Assembly (NCBI GenBank): GCA_951406725.2
Contig: OX597818.1
Span: 133,920,001 to 133,984,000 of the forward strand
Source: Octopus vulgaris
Taxonomy: Eukaryota
Reading direction: 5' to 3'
Length of the DNA: 64,000 nucleotides
In this document: piece after piece, positions 11,754-24,884 of the stretch
How positions within the stretch are numbered: position 1 is the first letter of the stretch
Layout: each line of letters begins with the position of its first letter
Program-made: the position numbers and the translations under genes
Notes under the pieces: model-generated
Databases searched by the model: none
What the model saw: only the letters and a program-made list of their open reading frames with translations
Told to the model about the DNA's origin: nothing

Positions 11754-12312
11754 AATTCTGAAAATAATGAAGAATTTATTAGTCTCAAATTTTGGCACAA
11801 GGCCAGCAAGTTCAGAGGAGGGGATAAGTGACTACATCAAGCCCAGTGCTTTACTGGTACTTAGTTTATTGACCCTGAAAGGATGAAAGGCAAAGTCGAC
11901 ATCAGCCAGAATTTAAATTCACAACATAAAGACAGAAAAAATACTGCAAATGAAGAATTTATTAAAATAACTTTGTTATTATTAAGCTGGTGGTTGGAGC
12001 ATAAATTCATTGAAATTTTGATAAAAGGTTTTAATTTAGATAATTTTAAAGCAGGAGGTTTGTATCATAGAACCATGAGTGGTTTGGGAGGATTGGTATC
12101 AAAAGGGTTATATAGATGCAAAGGCAATGAAAGTTGGGTGGGGGTACAAAATTCCGCTTTTATTTATTTTTTTGCTGTCATAGGGCCTGCTAATTGCAGT
12201 CTAAAAACTACTGAGGCACATGGCTCAGGGATTAGAACATTGGGATCACAATCATGAAGTAGTGAGTTTGATTCCCAGACCAAGCTGTATGTTGTGTTCT
12301 TGAGGAAGACAC

Positions 12313-12604
12313 TTTTTTTCACGCTGAGAGTTGCTGAAGCATGGAACAAACTGCCGGCATCAGTTGTTAGTTGTCGGAGCACTGCATCCTTCAAAACTTC
12401 CATGCTTTCTGAGATTCGCCAACACTACACCTGATTTTCTCCCCTCCATACACACACAGGCATGTATCTGATTCATACATTGTTCGCTTTCCAGACATTT
12501 TTACATTACTGCGTGTACTTTATATGCACTTTCTGACAAGTTATGGTGCACCTGAGCACTGTATACAATAATTTCATTATTACTATTATTATTATTATTA
12601 TTAT
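12313..12604 (+). mobile_element. CR1-type LINE 3' end, family A
   Basis: [14 protein letters not shown]... plus (ATT)n tail. Confidence 0.8.
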
Positions 12605-13029
12605 TTCACTTTGCTCTAGTTCACTCAGGTGTAGAAATGAGTTGTAACATCACTAGTGCCAAGCTGTATCAGCCTTTGCTTTTCCCTTGCATAATGTCTG
12701 TGGCATGGGGAGGGAAAGTCGGTATGCATGGGCAACAGTGGGTCTTATATAAACAACCATGCTCGGACTTGTGCCTTGGGGGGGAAATTTCAAGGTGCAA
12801 TCCCATGGTCATTCATGACCAAAGGTGGAGTGTCAAACAGTTAAGATGAAGCTGGCTTTTAAGGGAACAATGTTAAATGGATGCAATTTATAAATTTTCT
12901 ACTGGATAGGACACCAGTTTTATTAAGGTATCTTTTCCGCAAAACTAGGTAAACTAAAGCATGTAGAATTCAGCATACAATAAAACAGGGGATTTGAACT
13001 CAAGGCTGATGAGCTGGTAGTCCAATACT

Positions 13030-16000
13030 TTATCCAATCAGTTGATGAACCTGTACAGAGAGATGCTGTAGAGTATTGTATTCATTATATACACTCATAG
13101 AAAAATACATTGATGTAATAATGACAGGAGCAATAATGAGAATGGCAACTCTTAAGTCTGCATAGAATTTATCAGATCCGAATCATATTTTCATATTATC
13201 ATAAACAGTGTAAGTCAATACAGAAGAAAATAACAATAATGAATTTGATTTTTCTTGTTAAGAAGTGCTTAATCTAATAATTACTGAAAGCCAGAGAATA
13301 ATGAGTCTAATTTAATAATTACTTACTGTTGTAATTAGATGCACAAATGAATCTTATCTTAATACCAACATGTTGTTGGATAGTAAGACAACTGTTTTTC
13401 CTACTGATTAAACAAACATCCAACAGAACCAAGATTTAAGTATTCTACTCTACTCATTGCTCTCTGTTATCATTGTGTTGAAAACTTACAGAAGTCTGGG
13501 TTGATAGGGTGTCTGGCTACCAATCAAAAGATAATTTGCCTCATGTCATATCATCAGCACTGTTTTTCATTTCCACCATCAACACACTTAGTTCATTAAC
13601 TCTCCCTGGTTTGATCCACTTGGTTGAAAATAATTATCAGGAATTGAAATAGCTCAGTGTTGCAATCAGTAGGGACACTGTATAATTAATTGATGCTTTG
13701 CTAGCTAGTGATTCAGACATCGATTCCTACTTATAGACCTAATAGATGATGGAGGTTTTCACACCATACAATACTTAAATAATTTAATTACCACTGTATA
13801 TTTCATGGGTTAAAGAGGATTGCCTCCACATAGTTGTTTGATCTATTAGAAAAGGAAGCTAAATCTCCTTCAAAACAAACCCTATGATCTTAAAATTGAC
13901 ACATTAATATGGAAGCACTCCGTCGGTTACGACGACGAGGGTTCCGGTTGATCCGAATCTAACGGAACAGCCTGCTCGTGAAATTAACGTGTAAGTGGCT
14001 GAGCACTCCACAGACACGTGCACCCTTAACGTAGTTCTCGGGGATATTCAGCGTGACACAGAGAGTGACAAGGCCGGCCCCTTGAAATACAGGTACAACA
14101 GAAACAGGAAGTAAGAGTGGAGTGAGAGAAAGTTGAGGCAAAAGAGTACAACAGGGGTCGCCACCACCCCCTGCCGGAGCCTCGTGGAGCTTTTAGATGT
14201 TTTCGCTCAATAAACACACAACGCCCGGTCTGGGAATCAAAACCGCGATCCTCCGACCGCGAGTCCGCTGCCCTAACCACTGGGCCATAATGTAATCATA
14301 GATACACTGTGTATAAGAAGTTAGGATGACCAGAGCTAGGATTTTGACTCTAGGTCTTCTTGATCAGGGCTGACCTGGAATAAACAACTGTCTTTCTTTT
14401 TTTGCTTTTATTTTCACAGTGGCCACAGGACTAAAGTGTTAGATTTCTGACAACTTGTCGCAAGTTCAAACTTAACTATAACTGTGTTGTGTTCCAGGTT
14501 GAAACTCATAGTTCTTGCTTAGCTCACCTAGCATAACTGACAATACAGATATCATTCCTACATCATTAAATAACTATCATCATCGTTTAGCATCCGTTTT
14601 CCATGCTAGCATGGGTTGGACGGTTCAACTGGGGTCTGTGAAGCCGGAAGGCTTCATCAGGCCTAGTCAGATCTGGCAGTGTTTCTACGGCTGGATGCCC
14701 TTCCTAACGCCAACCACTCCGTGAGTGTAGTGGGTGCTTTTTACGTGCCACCTGCACAGGTGTCAGACAGAGCTGGCAAATGGCCATGAACCAATGGTGC
14801 TTTTTATGTGCCACCGGCACGGGGGCCAGGCGAGGCTGGCAACGGAAACGAACGGATGGTGCTTTTTACGTGCCACCGGCAAGAAAACCATCACTTAGCT
14901 CTTAAAAATAATAGCTCCAACCTAAGTCATCCCATCCACCACGAAGTTCAATCCTTGTTGCAGTGTTGCAGCTTGTGTACCTCTGTGATTCTGAGAATCA
15001 TACCAATGGAAAATAAGTTTCTGGTAGGGCCTCCTATGCTGTACAGGTCAAAGGATAGAGGCCAGACTAATAGGGACCACCTTTTCCCAGAGGTAAAAAG
15101 GGGTTTGTGCAGGGCCATCACCCTACCTAGAAAAATGCAAAGTCACAGAAGCATCAATAACAATTCGAAACAAAGAACACCTCAGAGAGGAGGATCTTTC
15201 TTCGGGGAAACAAATGATGCAATGCAACAAAATCAGAAAGGAAGCTGCAAGACTGACTCCCCTTATGACCACTAGGTGAAACATCAAAACAGTACCCTGA
15301 CCTAGAACCCATAAGGGAGCTGGAAGGGAGGAAACCCCCAAAAATTGCTGAAGGTAGGATACTGAAGCAAAGCTGAATAAGCAGGGATCTACCTGGAAAA
15401 AAGTAGAACAGAAAAGACAGTCCAGAATTAGTGGCTGTGTGGTAAGTAGCTTGTTTACCAGCCACATGGTTCCGGGTTCAGTCCCATTATGTGGCACCTT
15501 GGGCAAGTAACTTCTACTATAGCCTCGGGCCGACCAAAGCCTTGTGAGTGGATTTGGTAGACGGAAACTGAAAGAAGCCTGTCGTATATATGTATATATA
15601 TGTATGCGTGTGTGTGTTTGTGTGTCTGTGTTAGTCCCCCTAGCATTGCTTGACAACCGATGCTGGTGTGTTTACGTCCCCGTTACTTAGCGGTTCAGCA
15701 AAAGAGACCGATAGAATAAGTACTGGGCTTACAAAAGAATAAGTCCCGAGGTCAAGTTCTCGATTAAAGGCGGTGCTCCAGCATGGCCGCAGTCAAATGA
15801 CTGAAACAAGTAAAAGAGTATAGAAAAGTCACGGATAGTCTACGCTCCATAAGGAGCTGAGACCTTCACAAGCCACACTAGCATGAGAAATGGACACAAA
15901 ACAACTGCTAAAAATGAATTACTGTTGGTGTGAATTAACCCAGTTGACTTACTGAACCTTCTCCCTCTGCTGTTTCTAGCTCTTTCTTGTGACACTTAGT

Positions 16001-16692
16001 TTTCTTGTATAACTACCCAACTCTAACTCGGGTGAGGGGTCTTTTTCTTGTGAGTTACTTGGTGAGTTCTTTACTGCTGGTGTCACAGGAAAAAGCACCC
16101 AGTACACTCTGTAAAATAGATGGGGCATCCAGCTATAGAAACCATGCCAAAACAGCTTGGCACAATGCTCTGGCTCACCAGCTCCTCTCAAACCATCCAA
16201 CCATGTTAGCATCATCATCATCATCGTTTAACGTCCGTTCTCCATGCTAGCATGGGTTGGCAGTTCGACCGGGGATCTGGGAAGCCAGGAGGCTGCACCA
16301 GGCTCCGGTCTTATCTGGCAATGTTTCTACAGCTGGATGCCCTTCTTAACGCCAACCACTCCGTGAGTGTAGTGGGTGCTTTTTACGTGCCACCTGCACT
16401 GGAGCCAGGCGAGGCTGGCATCGGCCACGGTCGGATTGGTGCATTTTACGTGCCACCTGCACGGAAGCCAGTTGAGGCGGCACTATGAAAAAAAATTGTT
16501 AAATAATGCTGCTTTGATGATGATGATGATGATGATGAGGAGGAGGAGGAGGAGGAGGGTATACCAAAAAATTAACATTTCAAAATTTGCTACAATGGTA
16601 AATGTAAACTGAATTGTCATACTCATCAATTGTAAAATTTTCCGTGCAAGGACAACAAACTAAACAAATCTGTAACTCATCAATCATATCAC
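13030..16692 (-). CDS. Candidate unannotated spliced gene, 3' exons only (16623-16692, 13490-13516, 13327-13403, 13030-13157); possible C-terminal membrane protein
   Basis: Four AG/GT-bounded segments join in phase: GDMIDELQICLVCCPCTENFTIDDQTPYQPRLLRKNSCLTIQQHVGIKIRFICASNYNNLRVAILIIAPVIITSMYFSMSVYNEYNTLQHLSVQVHQLIG*. AATAAA on the minus strand at 12919-12924. No homology recognised. Confidence 0.35.
13912..14290 (-). mobile_element. tRNA-derived SINE family C
   Basis: Box A TGGCCCAGTGG, box B GGTTTTGATTCC; homologous to 53163-53542. Confidence 0.8.
14576..14880 (-). mobile_element. RTE LINE 3' end
   Basis: catcatcgtttagcatccgttttccatgctagcatgggttgg... family tail. Confidence 0.8.
15431..15820 (+). 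mobile_element. SINE family A
   Basis: Homologous to the 17313 copy. Confidence 0.85.
16211..16485 (-). mobile_element. RTE LINE 3' end (young subfamily)
   Basis: Near-identical to the 32448 copy. Confidence 0.8.
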
Positions 16693-16941
16693 CTGTGTCC
16701 AGAAAAAAAAAAAAAAAAAAAACTTCCAGTCTTTCTTTCAGAATTCTATAAAGACACTAGCCTTCAGATATGGCTTTAAACAATGCACAAGGTCATATAT
16801 ATCAGAGCTTAAATTTCACTATTCATGATGCATGTTAATTCACCATGAATACATTAATGTATTTTATATATATATATATTGATCTTACTCATTAATTTAA
16901 TCACAAATCTTAATGGAAAACTTTTGTTATATCCCTGGTGG

Positions 16942-17057
16942 CATTGCCAGATAAGACTGGAGCCTGGTGCAGCCTTCTGGCTTCCCAGATCCCTGGTCGA
17001 ACCGTCCAACCCATGCTAGCATGGAGAACAGACGTTAAACGATGATGATGATGATGA

Positions 17058-17060
<3 letters not shown>
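16942..17060 (+). mobile_element. Short RTE LINE 3' end
   Basis: cattgccagataagactgg...gacgttaaac(GAT)n. Confidence 0.8.
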
Positions 17061-17106
<46 letters not shown>

Positions 17107-17312
17107 CACACACACACACATATATATAATATAGTCCTGGTATATTGTATCTGTGTAGTTTTCTCTGGAAGTATTGATTGACAATTCTCTTCTTCAGATA
17201 ATAACTGATATTAATTCTGCTTTCAGCATTAATCTTCCAATTGATGCATTTCAAACTACAGCCAGCCTTTCTATAAAGAATATATACTGTAACATGTACA
17301 TAAATAAGATAA

Positions 17313-17486
17313 ATAGGCGCAGGAGTGGCTGTGTGGTAAGTAGCTTGCTAACCAACCACATGGTTCCGGGTTCAGTCCCACTGCGTGGCATCTTGGGCAA
17401 GTGTCTTCTGCTATAGCCCCGGGCCGACCAAAGCCTTGTGAGTGGATTTGGTAGATGGAAACTGAAAGAAGCCTGTCGTATATACG

Positions 17487-17519
<33 letters not shown>

Positions 17520-17729
17520 GTGTGTTTGTCCCCCAAGCATTGCTTGACAACCGATGCTGGTGTGTTTACGTCCCCGTCACTTAGCGGTTCGGCAAAAGAG
17601 ACCGATAGAATAAGTACTGGGCTTACAAAGAATAAGTCCCGGGGTCGATTTGCTCGACTAAAGGCGGTGCTCCAGCATGGTCGCAGTCAAATGACTGAAA
17701 CAAGTAAAAGAGTAAAGAGTAAGAGTAAA
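17313..17729 (+). mobile_element. tRNA-derived SINE family A (CORE-like, internal (TA)n(TG)n), full-length copy
   Basis: Box A TGGCTGTGTGG, box B GGTTCAGTCCC, cttgggcaagtg CORE-like motif, (GTAAAAGA)n-like tail; more than 15 copies in the window. Confidence 0.85.
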
Positions 17730-19200
17730 TAAATCAATCTATGCAAATATTTTTCATAAGAATATATTTTGCTTCCCTTCTCCCACTCTCTCCATCCTAA
17801 TGCACTTTTCTCGCTTGCTACCCAGAACCATCTCACTTGTAAGCCGTTCTTCACCTATCAATATTGTTCACCACATCCACAGGTTACAGTGTCCATTCCC
17901 TGCCATCCTCCCGAGTAATGCTTTTTCCATTTGTCTGTTGGGGCCATGAGAAATGTTTCTATGTTGTGAGTGGACTTGATGAATGGAAGCTGAAGCAAGT
18001 CCATCATATATATATATATCAGTGACGTATGATGGTTGTGGTATTGGATGTTCTGCCACACCCAATGCCACCAGGGATATAACAAAAGTTTTCCATTAAA
18101 ATTTGTGATTAAATTAATGAGTAAGATCAATATTTATAATGAACTTGTCATTTTTGATGAGTGTGCAGTACACACCTAGCACACCTGGAATATACACCCC
18201 TGATATATATATATACACATATATACGATGGGCTTCTTTCAGTTTCCATCTACCAAATCCACTCACAAGGCTTTGGTCAGCCCGAGGCTATAGTAAAAGA
18301 CACTTGCCCAAGGTGCTATGCAGTGGGACTGAACCCGGAACCATGTGGTTCGTCAGCAAGCTACTTACCACACAGCCACTCCTACACCTATGTATATATA
18401 TTAACTGAAACTATCCATATACACACACATACTTCCATGTTAGAAATCAATGGAGCCTTATAACTTATCTCTCTTCATGCACTACACCAGTTTATCTTTG
18501 TACTCCATTCCTGCAACCTACCTAAACACAGCATCTCTCTTCTCTCCATCAGGACAGGCTGGCAACGGACACTCTTACAAAACCCCTACTCACCCCACCT
18601 ACTACTGGTCATGCTCCTGCTACTTGAGGTACCACCTGAACACTCCATCACTGCTGCTTATCTCCTTGGAGATACCTCTAATTCATTCTCACCCTGTCCC
18701 CTAAATGTGTGTAGCTACATGTACTCCTCTACAACTATAACCTGCTCTATCCAAACAGTCTTCCCTCATAACCTTAACCCCCAACTAATACATGGTAACA
18801 GCTCTCACCCTCCTTGGGTTTCTTGACTTGGGAGCTATATGGTGACCTCAATAGTACCAGTGGCAGGAAGACAAGCACCCAGCATACTCTGCAAAGTGCT
18901 TGGCATTAGGACAAGCATCCAACCATAGAAACCATGCCAGTGTAGACACTGGAGCACAATGTAGTCCTTTGAATCATCAGATCCTTGTCATACAGTTCAA
19001 CCCATGCCAGCATGGAACAAAGATATTAAATGATGATGATGATGGTGGTGGTGGTGATTAGTCCACTTTTTACATTGAGTGAAAGTTTTAGGTTTATTTG
19101 TTTGCTCAGAAGGAGCCAAAAGAAATGGATCAAGTAGGGCAGAAGGTAGGTTTATTTGTTCAAGAAAAAGCTTTAAAAATGCTTTTAGTAGATGGAAGCT

Positions 19201-19420
19201 TAATAATAATAATAATAATGAAATTATTGTATACAGTGCTCAGGTGCACCACAACTTGTCAGACAGTGCATATAAAGCACATGCAGTAATGTAGAAATGT
19301 CTGGAAAGCGAACAGTGTATGAGTCAGATACATGCTTGTGTGTGTATGGAGGGGAGAAAATCAGGTGTAGTGTTGGCGAATCTCAGGAAGCATGGAAGTT
19401 TTGAAGGATGCAGTACTCTG
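19201..19420 (-). mobile_element. CR1-type LINE 3' end, family A (short)
   Basis: Same 3'UTR as the 4209 and 8666 copies. Confidence 0.78.
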
Positions 19421-19457
19421 ATGAAGACTGTCATATGTATGAGAGAGAGAGAGAGAG

Positions 19458-19488
<31 letters not shown>

Positions 19489-19944
19489 ATTTATGTTTGT
19501 GTTTCTCTGAAAATCACTGAGCAACAAGCAGTGATGTTGTTTCCATTTCCCTTGTAAACAAATCACCCCATAGCTTTACACATTTAAAGATATGTGGAAT
19601 AATACATACATTATTTGAAAAACCAGTTAGGGGTTTGCGATAGGAAGGGTATCAAGTTATAAAACAATGCCTCAACAATATATCTGTCTAACCCATGCTA
19701 GCATGGAAAAACAGAAGTAAAACCAAACATGCAAAAAGCTTTAGAATTATTTACATAAAGGGAGCATAAGGTAGCAAAATGGCAGAATCATTGGCATGTC
19801 TGAAAAATGCTTCTGGCTTTTTACATTCTGAGTTCAAAGTCAGCAATGGTCAACTTTGCCTTTCAGAGTTGATAAAATACATACCATTATAGCACTAGAA
19901 TTGTTGTAACTGATTTATACCCTCTTCTTAAAATTGCTGGCATT

Positions 19945-20584
19945 ACTCTTTTACTCTTTTACTTGTTTCAGTCATTTGTCTGTGGCCATGCTGGAGCACC
20001 ACCTTTAGTCGAGCAAATCGACCCCAGGACTTATTCTTTGTAAGCCTAGCACTTATTCTATCGGTCTCTTTTGCCGAACCGCTAAGTTACGGGGACCTAA
20101 ACACACCAGCATCTGTTGTCAAACGATGTTGGGGGGGGGGGGGGACAAACACAGACACACAAACATACATACATGTATATATATATACATATATATGACG
20201 GGCTTCTTTCAGTTTCCGTCTATCAAATCCACTCACAAGGCTTCAGTTGGTCCAGGCAGAACCAGCGAGCTGGCAGAAACGTTAGCACACTGGGCGAAAT
20301 GCGTGGTCATATTTCATCTGTCGTTACGTTCCAAGTTCAAATTCCGCCGAGGGCAACTTTACCTTTCATCGTTTCGAGGTCGATAAATTAAGTACCAGTT
20401 ATGCACTGGGGTCAATGTAATCGACTTAATCCCTTTGTCTGTCCTTGTTTGTCCCCTCTGTGTTTAGCCCCTTGTGGGTAGTAAAGAAATATATAATAGA
20501 AGACACTTGCCCAAGGTGTCATGCAGTGGGACTGAACCCGAACCATGTGGTTTGTAAGTAAGCTACTTACCACACAGCCACTCC
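19945..20584 (-). mobile_element. SINE family A interrupted by a family B SINE (about 20263-20495, plus strand)
   Basis: Family A body stops at 20242 and its head resumes at about 20499. Confidence 0.75.
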
Positions 20585-21123
20585 CAAACCAGATTTCATA
20601 TTTAGTTGACAAGAAATTTATCCTTTCATGTAAACAAGAACCTTGTTCTTTTGCTATTGATATAGTGGGGGTAGTGGCAGTTTTATGTATGATGAACATA
20701 ACACCAAACATTAAATTTCTAAAAAAACACAGAAGTGTCTTCGTGGTTAAGGAGTTTGCTTCCCGACCACATGGTTTGGTATTCAGTTCCACTGCATGAC
20801 ACCTTGAGCAAGCATTTGAATTCAGAAAGTAAAGCCAGAAAAAATACCACTAAGCATTTTCTCCAGTATACTAACAATTCTGCTGGCTCACTGCAATAAT
20901 AATAATGATGACAATGGTCCTTTCTTGAATAGGTATGAGGCCAGAAATTTTAGGAAAGAGGGTTAGTTGATTACATCAATTCCAGTGCTCAATTGGTACT
21001 TATTTTATCAACTCCAAAAGGATGAAGGGAAGACTCAATTTCAGTGGAATTTGAACTCAGAATGTAGCCAGCAGACCACCTTAATAATAATGATAATAAT
21101 AATGACATGAACTGCTCTCTCAC

Positions 21124-21124
<1 letters not shown>

Positions 21125-21179
<55 letters not shown>

Positions 21180-21190
21180 TATTATTATTA
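21125..21190. repeat. (AAT)n microsatellite
   Basis: Seen directly. Confidence 0.95.
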
Positions 21191-21194
21191 TATA

Positions 21195-21704
21195 TAACTG
21201 ATTGGAAGTGTTATCATGTACATTGTTTCATCTTGGTAAAAATAGATGGGCTACAGCAAATATTCTACTCAATACCACAGATTTGCTTGTCAGTTGTTTG
21301 ACCATAACCAGTTGAGCATGTCCCTTAGTGGCTGATGATATGTGCATCTCTGATCACAAGCAGAAGTAGTGGGGGAGCATCATAGCCATGTGTTGAGAGG
21401 GATTCTTTGGGGTTTGAATAATTCACCTCTGGAAACATGGATGTTTCGTTCAAAATCCTTAAACAACCCTTATCAAGGACCTTTTGAGCGGGACGGGCAA
21501 CTTGACCAGAAGAAAATTCTAACTGGGCCCCACCTGCAAGGTCATGCACTGTTTATCTTGGTATGAGATTACCATGTCACGCACATCTGGTTGTGATGCA
21601 TGTGCCTGGTGTACCCATATTAGACATGTAGTCTTGATGGGTATACTGGACTTTGTATATTTTACCCCAGTGTCACTTTGATGGCATGCACTGCTCTCTC
21701 ACTC

Positions 21705-21735
<31 letters not shown>

Positions 21736-22000
21736 GCCCTGATGCAGTACCAGGCAGTGGCTCTCATGGCTTCTGATCTTAACTGATTGGAAGTGTAGTC
21801 ATGTACATATTTTGTCTTGGTATAAAAGATGGGCTACAGCAAATATTCTGCTCTATACCACAGATTTGCTTGTCAGTTGTTTGACCATAACCAGTTGAGC
21901 ATGTACATCACTGCTCTCTCACTCAATAATAATAATAATAATGATAATAATAATAAATGCTCTGGTGCAGTACCAAACAGTGGCTTCTGATTGTAACTTA
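21195..22000 (+). mobile_element. Head-to-tail copies of an (AAT)n-associated retroelement-like repeat
   Basis: Units end in cactgctctctcactc(AAT)n (about 21110, 21690, 21910); about 125 bp shared between 21195 and 21780. Confidence 0.6.
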
Positions 22001-22310
22001 TTGACAGTGTCTTAGCAAAATAACTATTATATTTCCCTTCTCATACATCATTAACACTTCTCTCTCTATCTTTTTCTCTTGCACTTTGCCTTTCCCTTCA
22101 ACTAATCATGACAATGTAACGCATTTCAGCTCTAGCATATTAATATATAGCTGATGATAATGATTTCAAATTTTTGCACAAAACCAGAGTTGTTGGGAAG
22201 AGATTAGTTGATTACCTGAACTCCAGTACTTGATCAGTGCTTTATTTTGTTGACCCCAAAAGGATGAAAGACAAAAGTGACCCCAACAGAATTTTAAACT
22301 CAAAATGTAA

Positions 22311-22570
22311 TCATCATCATCATCATCATCATCATCATTTAACGTCCGTTTTCTGCGCTAGCACGGGTTGGACGGTTCGACCGGGGTCTGGGAAGCCAGG
22401 GGCTGCACCAGGCTCCAGTCTGATCTGGCAGAGATTCTACAGCTGGATGCCCTTCCTAACGCCAACCACTCCGCGAGTGTAGTGGGTGCTTTTTACATGC
22501 CACCTGCACAGGTGCCAGTGCAGTCCGGCATCGGCCACGATCGGTTGGAGCTTTTAATGTGCCTACCACT
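22311..22570 (-). mobile_element. RTE LINE 3' end
   Basis: (CAT)n plus family tail sequence. Confidence 0.8.
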
Positions 22571-23367
22571 AAAATGAATTTTTTTTTCATTAGTTTTAGT
22601 TATTTTATTGCAGTCCATATTCTGAAACATTTGGAATTCGCAATTAAAACAAAGGAAAGGAAAAATTCTTAAACTATCCCTTCCGTTGTACCTTTCACAA
22701 TTAAAGAAAATAAAATCAAACATCATTAGTTGAGGTATGAAAAATGAAATTAGAATCCTGCAAGAAATATCTATAAAACGATCATTTCAGGTATTTAAAA
22801 TGTAAAAAAACAATATTTTTAACCCTCTCAGACCTGGGCCCCTGTATCTAACTTTACCCTCCACCTGGGCTCCTGAGCAAAACAATAAATTGTTGAATGT
22901 ACAGCTCAAGAATAACGATTGCAGGCAAACTGATGGACAGAATCAATTTTTTAAAATTCAGGAGAAAAAAATGAGGAAAATAAAACAAAAACAAAAATCA
23001 TTTTAATCGGGAAAGGAACAATGAAAGGTGGGGTGTTAATAATTTTTGGTTTTTGCTTAAAATGTAAATTCTAAGTGTTTGAGAAAATGGAATAGAAGAA
23101 AATGATGGAATATAGAGAAAATGAAAAAAAAATTATTTTTAGTGGTGGTTGCTGTAGGGTTGGGGGGGGGGGGCGAGGTGGAGGAGAACAAGCTTAAAAT
23201 ACCTGGATTAAAATTTTTTATCCCCCTCTAAAAATTAACATTTACCTGTTTCAGAATGAAGAATATAAATAACAAGCGAGCGAAAAGAAAATTTTAATGG
23301 TGAAACCTGTCGTGAAAGTATGAAGGGGGTGTGGCAGGCGACATTTTAAAAATTATAGATGTTTGTT

Positions 23368-23735
23368 TTACTCCTTACTCTTTTACTCTTTTACTTGTTT
23401 CAGTCATTTGACTGCGGCCATGCTGGAGCACCGCCTTTAGTCGAGCAAATCGATCCCGGGACTTATTCTTTTGTAAGCCCAGTACTTATTCTATCGTTCT
23501 CTTTTGCCGAACCGCTAAGTTACGGGGACGTAAACATACCAGCATCGGTTGTCAAGCAATGCTAGGGGGACAAACACAGACACACATATATATATATATA
23601 TACGACAGGCTTCTTTCAGTTTCCGTCTACCAAATCTACTCACAAGGCATTGGTCGGCCCGGGGCTATAGCAGAAGACACTTGCCCAAGATGCCACGCAG
23701 TGGGACTGAACCCGGAACCATGTGGTTGGTTAGTT
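23368..23735 (-). mobile_element. SINE family A
   Basis: Homologous to the 17313 copy. Confidence 0.85.
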
Positions 23736-24021
23736 TGTTTTGTTTATTTTTTTTTTTTTTTTTTTTTTCTTTTTTCAGATGTGCGTGGTGCAAAAAAATT
23801 GAAAGTTCTAGGTGAAAACATGAGAAAACCCAAATTATGTTGGTAGGCTATTCTGAAACTCCGCCAATTAGACCCCTTTTTTATTGACCTCCAAAGTATG
23901 ACAGGCAAAGTCGATCTCGGTGACATTTGAACTCGGGACATAAAGATCCAAACGAACTGCTGTTAAGCATTTTGACCAATGCGCTAACAATTCTGCCTGG
24001 TCACATTATAGGAAAAATAAA

Positions 24022-24397
24022 AGCTTGCTAACCAACCACATGGTTCCGGGTTCAGTCCCACTGCGTGGCATCTTGGGCAAGTGTCTTCTGCTATAGCCCC
24101 GGGCCGACCAATGCCTTGTGAGTGGATTTGGTAGACGGAAACTGAAAGAAGCCCGTCGTATATATGTATATATATATATATATGCGTGTGTGTGTGTTTG
24201 TGTGTCTGTCCCCCTAGCATTGCTTGACAACCGATGCCGGTGTGTTTACGTCCCAGTAACTTAGCGGTTCGGCAAAACAGACCGATAGAATAAGTACAGG
24301 ACTTACAAAGAATAAGTCCCGGGGTCGATTTGCTCGACTAAAGGCGGTGCTCCAGCATGGCCGCAGTCAAATGACTGAAACAAGTAAAAAAGAAAAA
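24022..24397 (+). mobile_element. SINE family A
   Basis: Homologous to the 17313 copy. Confidence 0.85.
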
Positions 24398-24870
24398 AGT
24401 ATGTTTCCAAATTTGGTATAAGACCAGCAATTTTGAAGAGAAGGAAATGGTCGATTACACCGACCCCACTGCAACAATGATACTTCATTTTATCGACCTC
24501 GGAGGAACGAAAGGTAAAGCTGACCTCCGCAGGATTTGAACTCAGAGCGTCAAGAGCCGTAATTATAGTAATTATTTCGAATATAGCCACAAGGCTAGGA
24601 CTTAAGAGCAAGGTTAGTCCATCACATGGACCCAGATCTTGACTGGTACTTTATTTATCAACCCCGGAAGAATGGAATTTTATCTTAATCTTTTAATTTC
24701 CAGTTTCAACTGAAAACTTTATATAACTTACATTTTAAATTGTATTATTTATTAGTTATAATTCTGTGAATAAAACTGTTGTAAAAAAAAAAATTAACAG
24801 CCGGAAAATTAGGGAGATCAAATAATTTTTGTGTGTGTTTAAGTAACAAAAACAAAATATGCACTGAATG

Positions 24871-24884
24871 GTTGCCATAGAAAC
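24871..24884. promoter_or_regulatory. RFX X-box
   Basis: GTTGCCATAGAAAC closely matches the 14-bp X-box palindrome (GTTGCCATGGCAAC type); lies in unique DNA about 430 bp upstream of the PSMD2 ATG, next to a minus-strand GAG|gtatgt donor at 24898. Confidence 0.55.

Noticed and set aside
19110-19146. Plus-strand 36-nt exon-like segment (ctcag|...|gtaggt)
   Set aside because: Isolated, with no plus-strand gene context.
21320-21380. CTGATGA...GAAGTA as a second hammerhead
   Set aside because: Lacks the GAAA core and convincing stems II and III.
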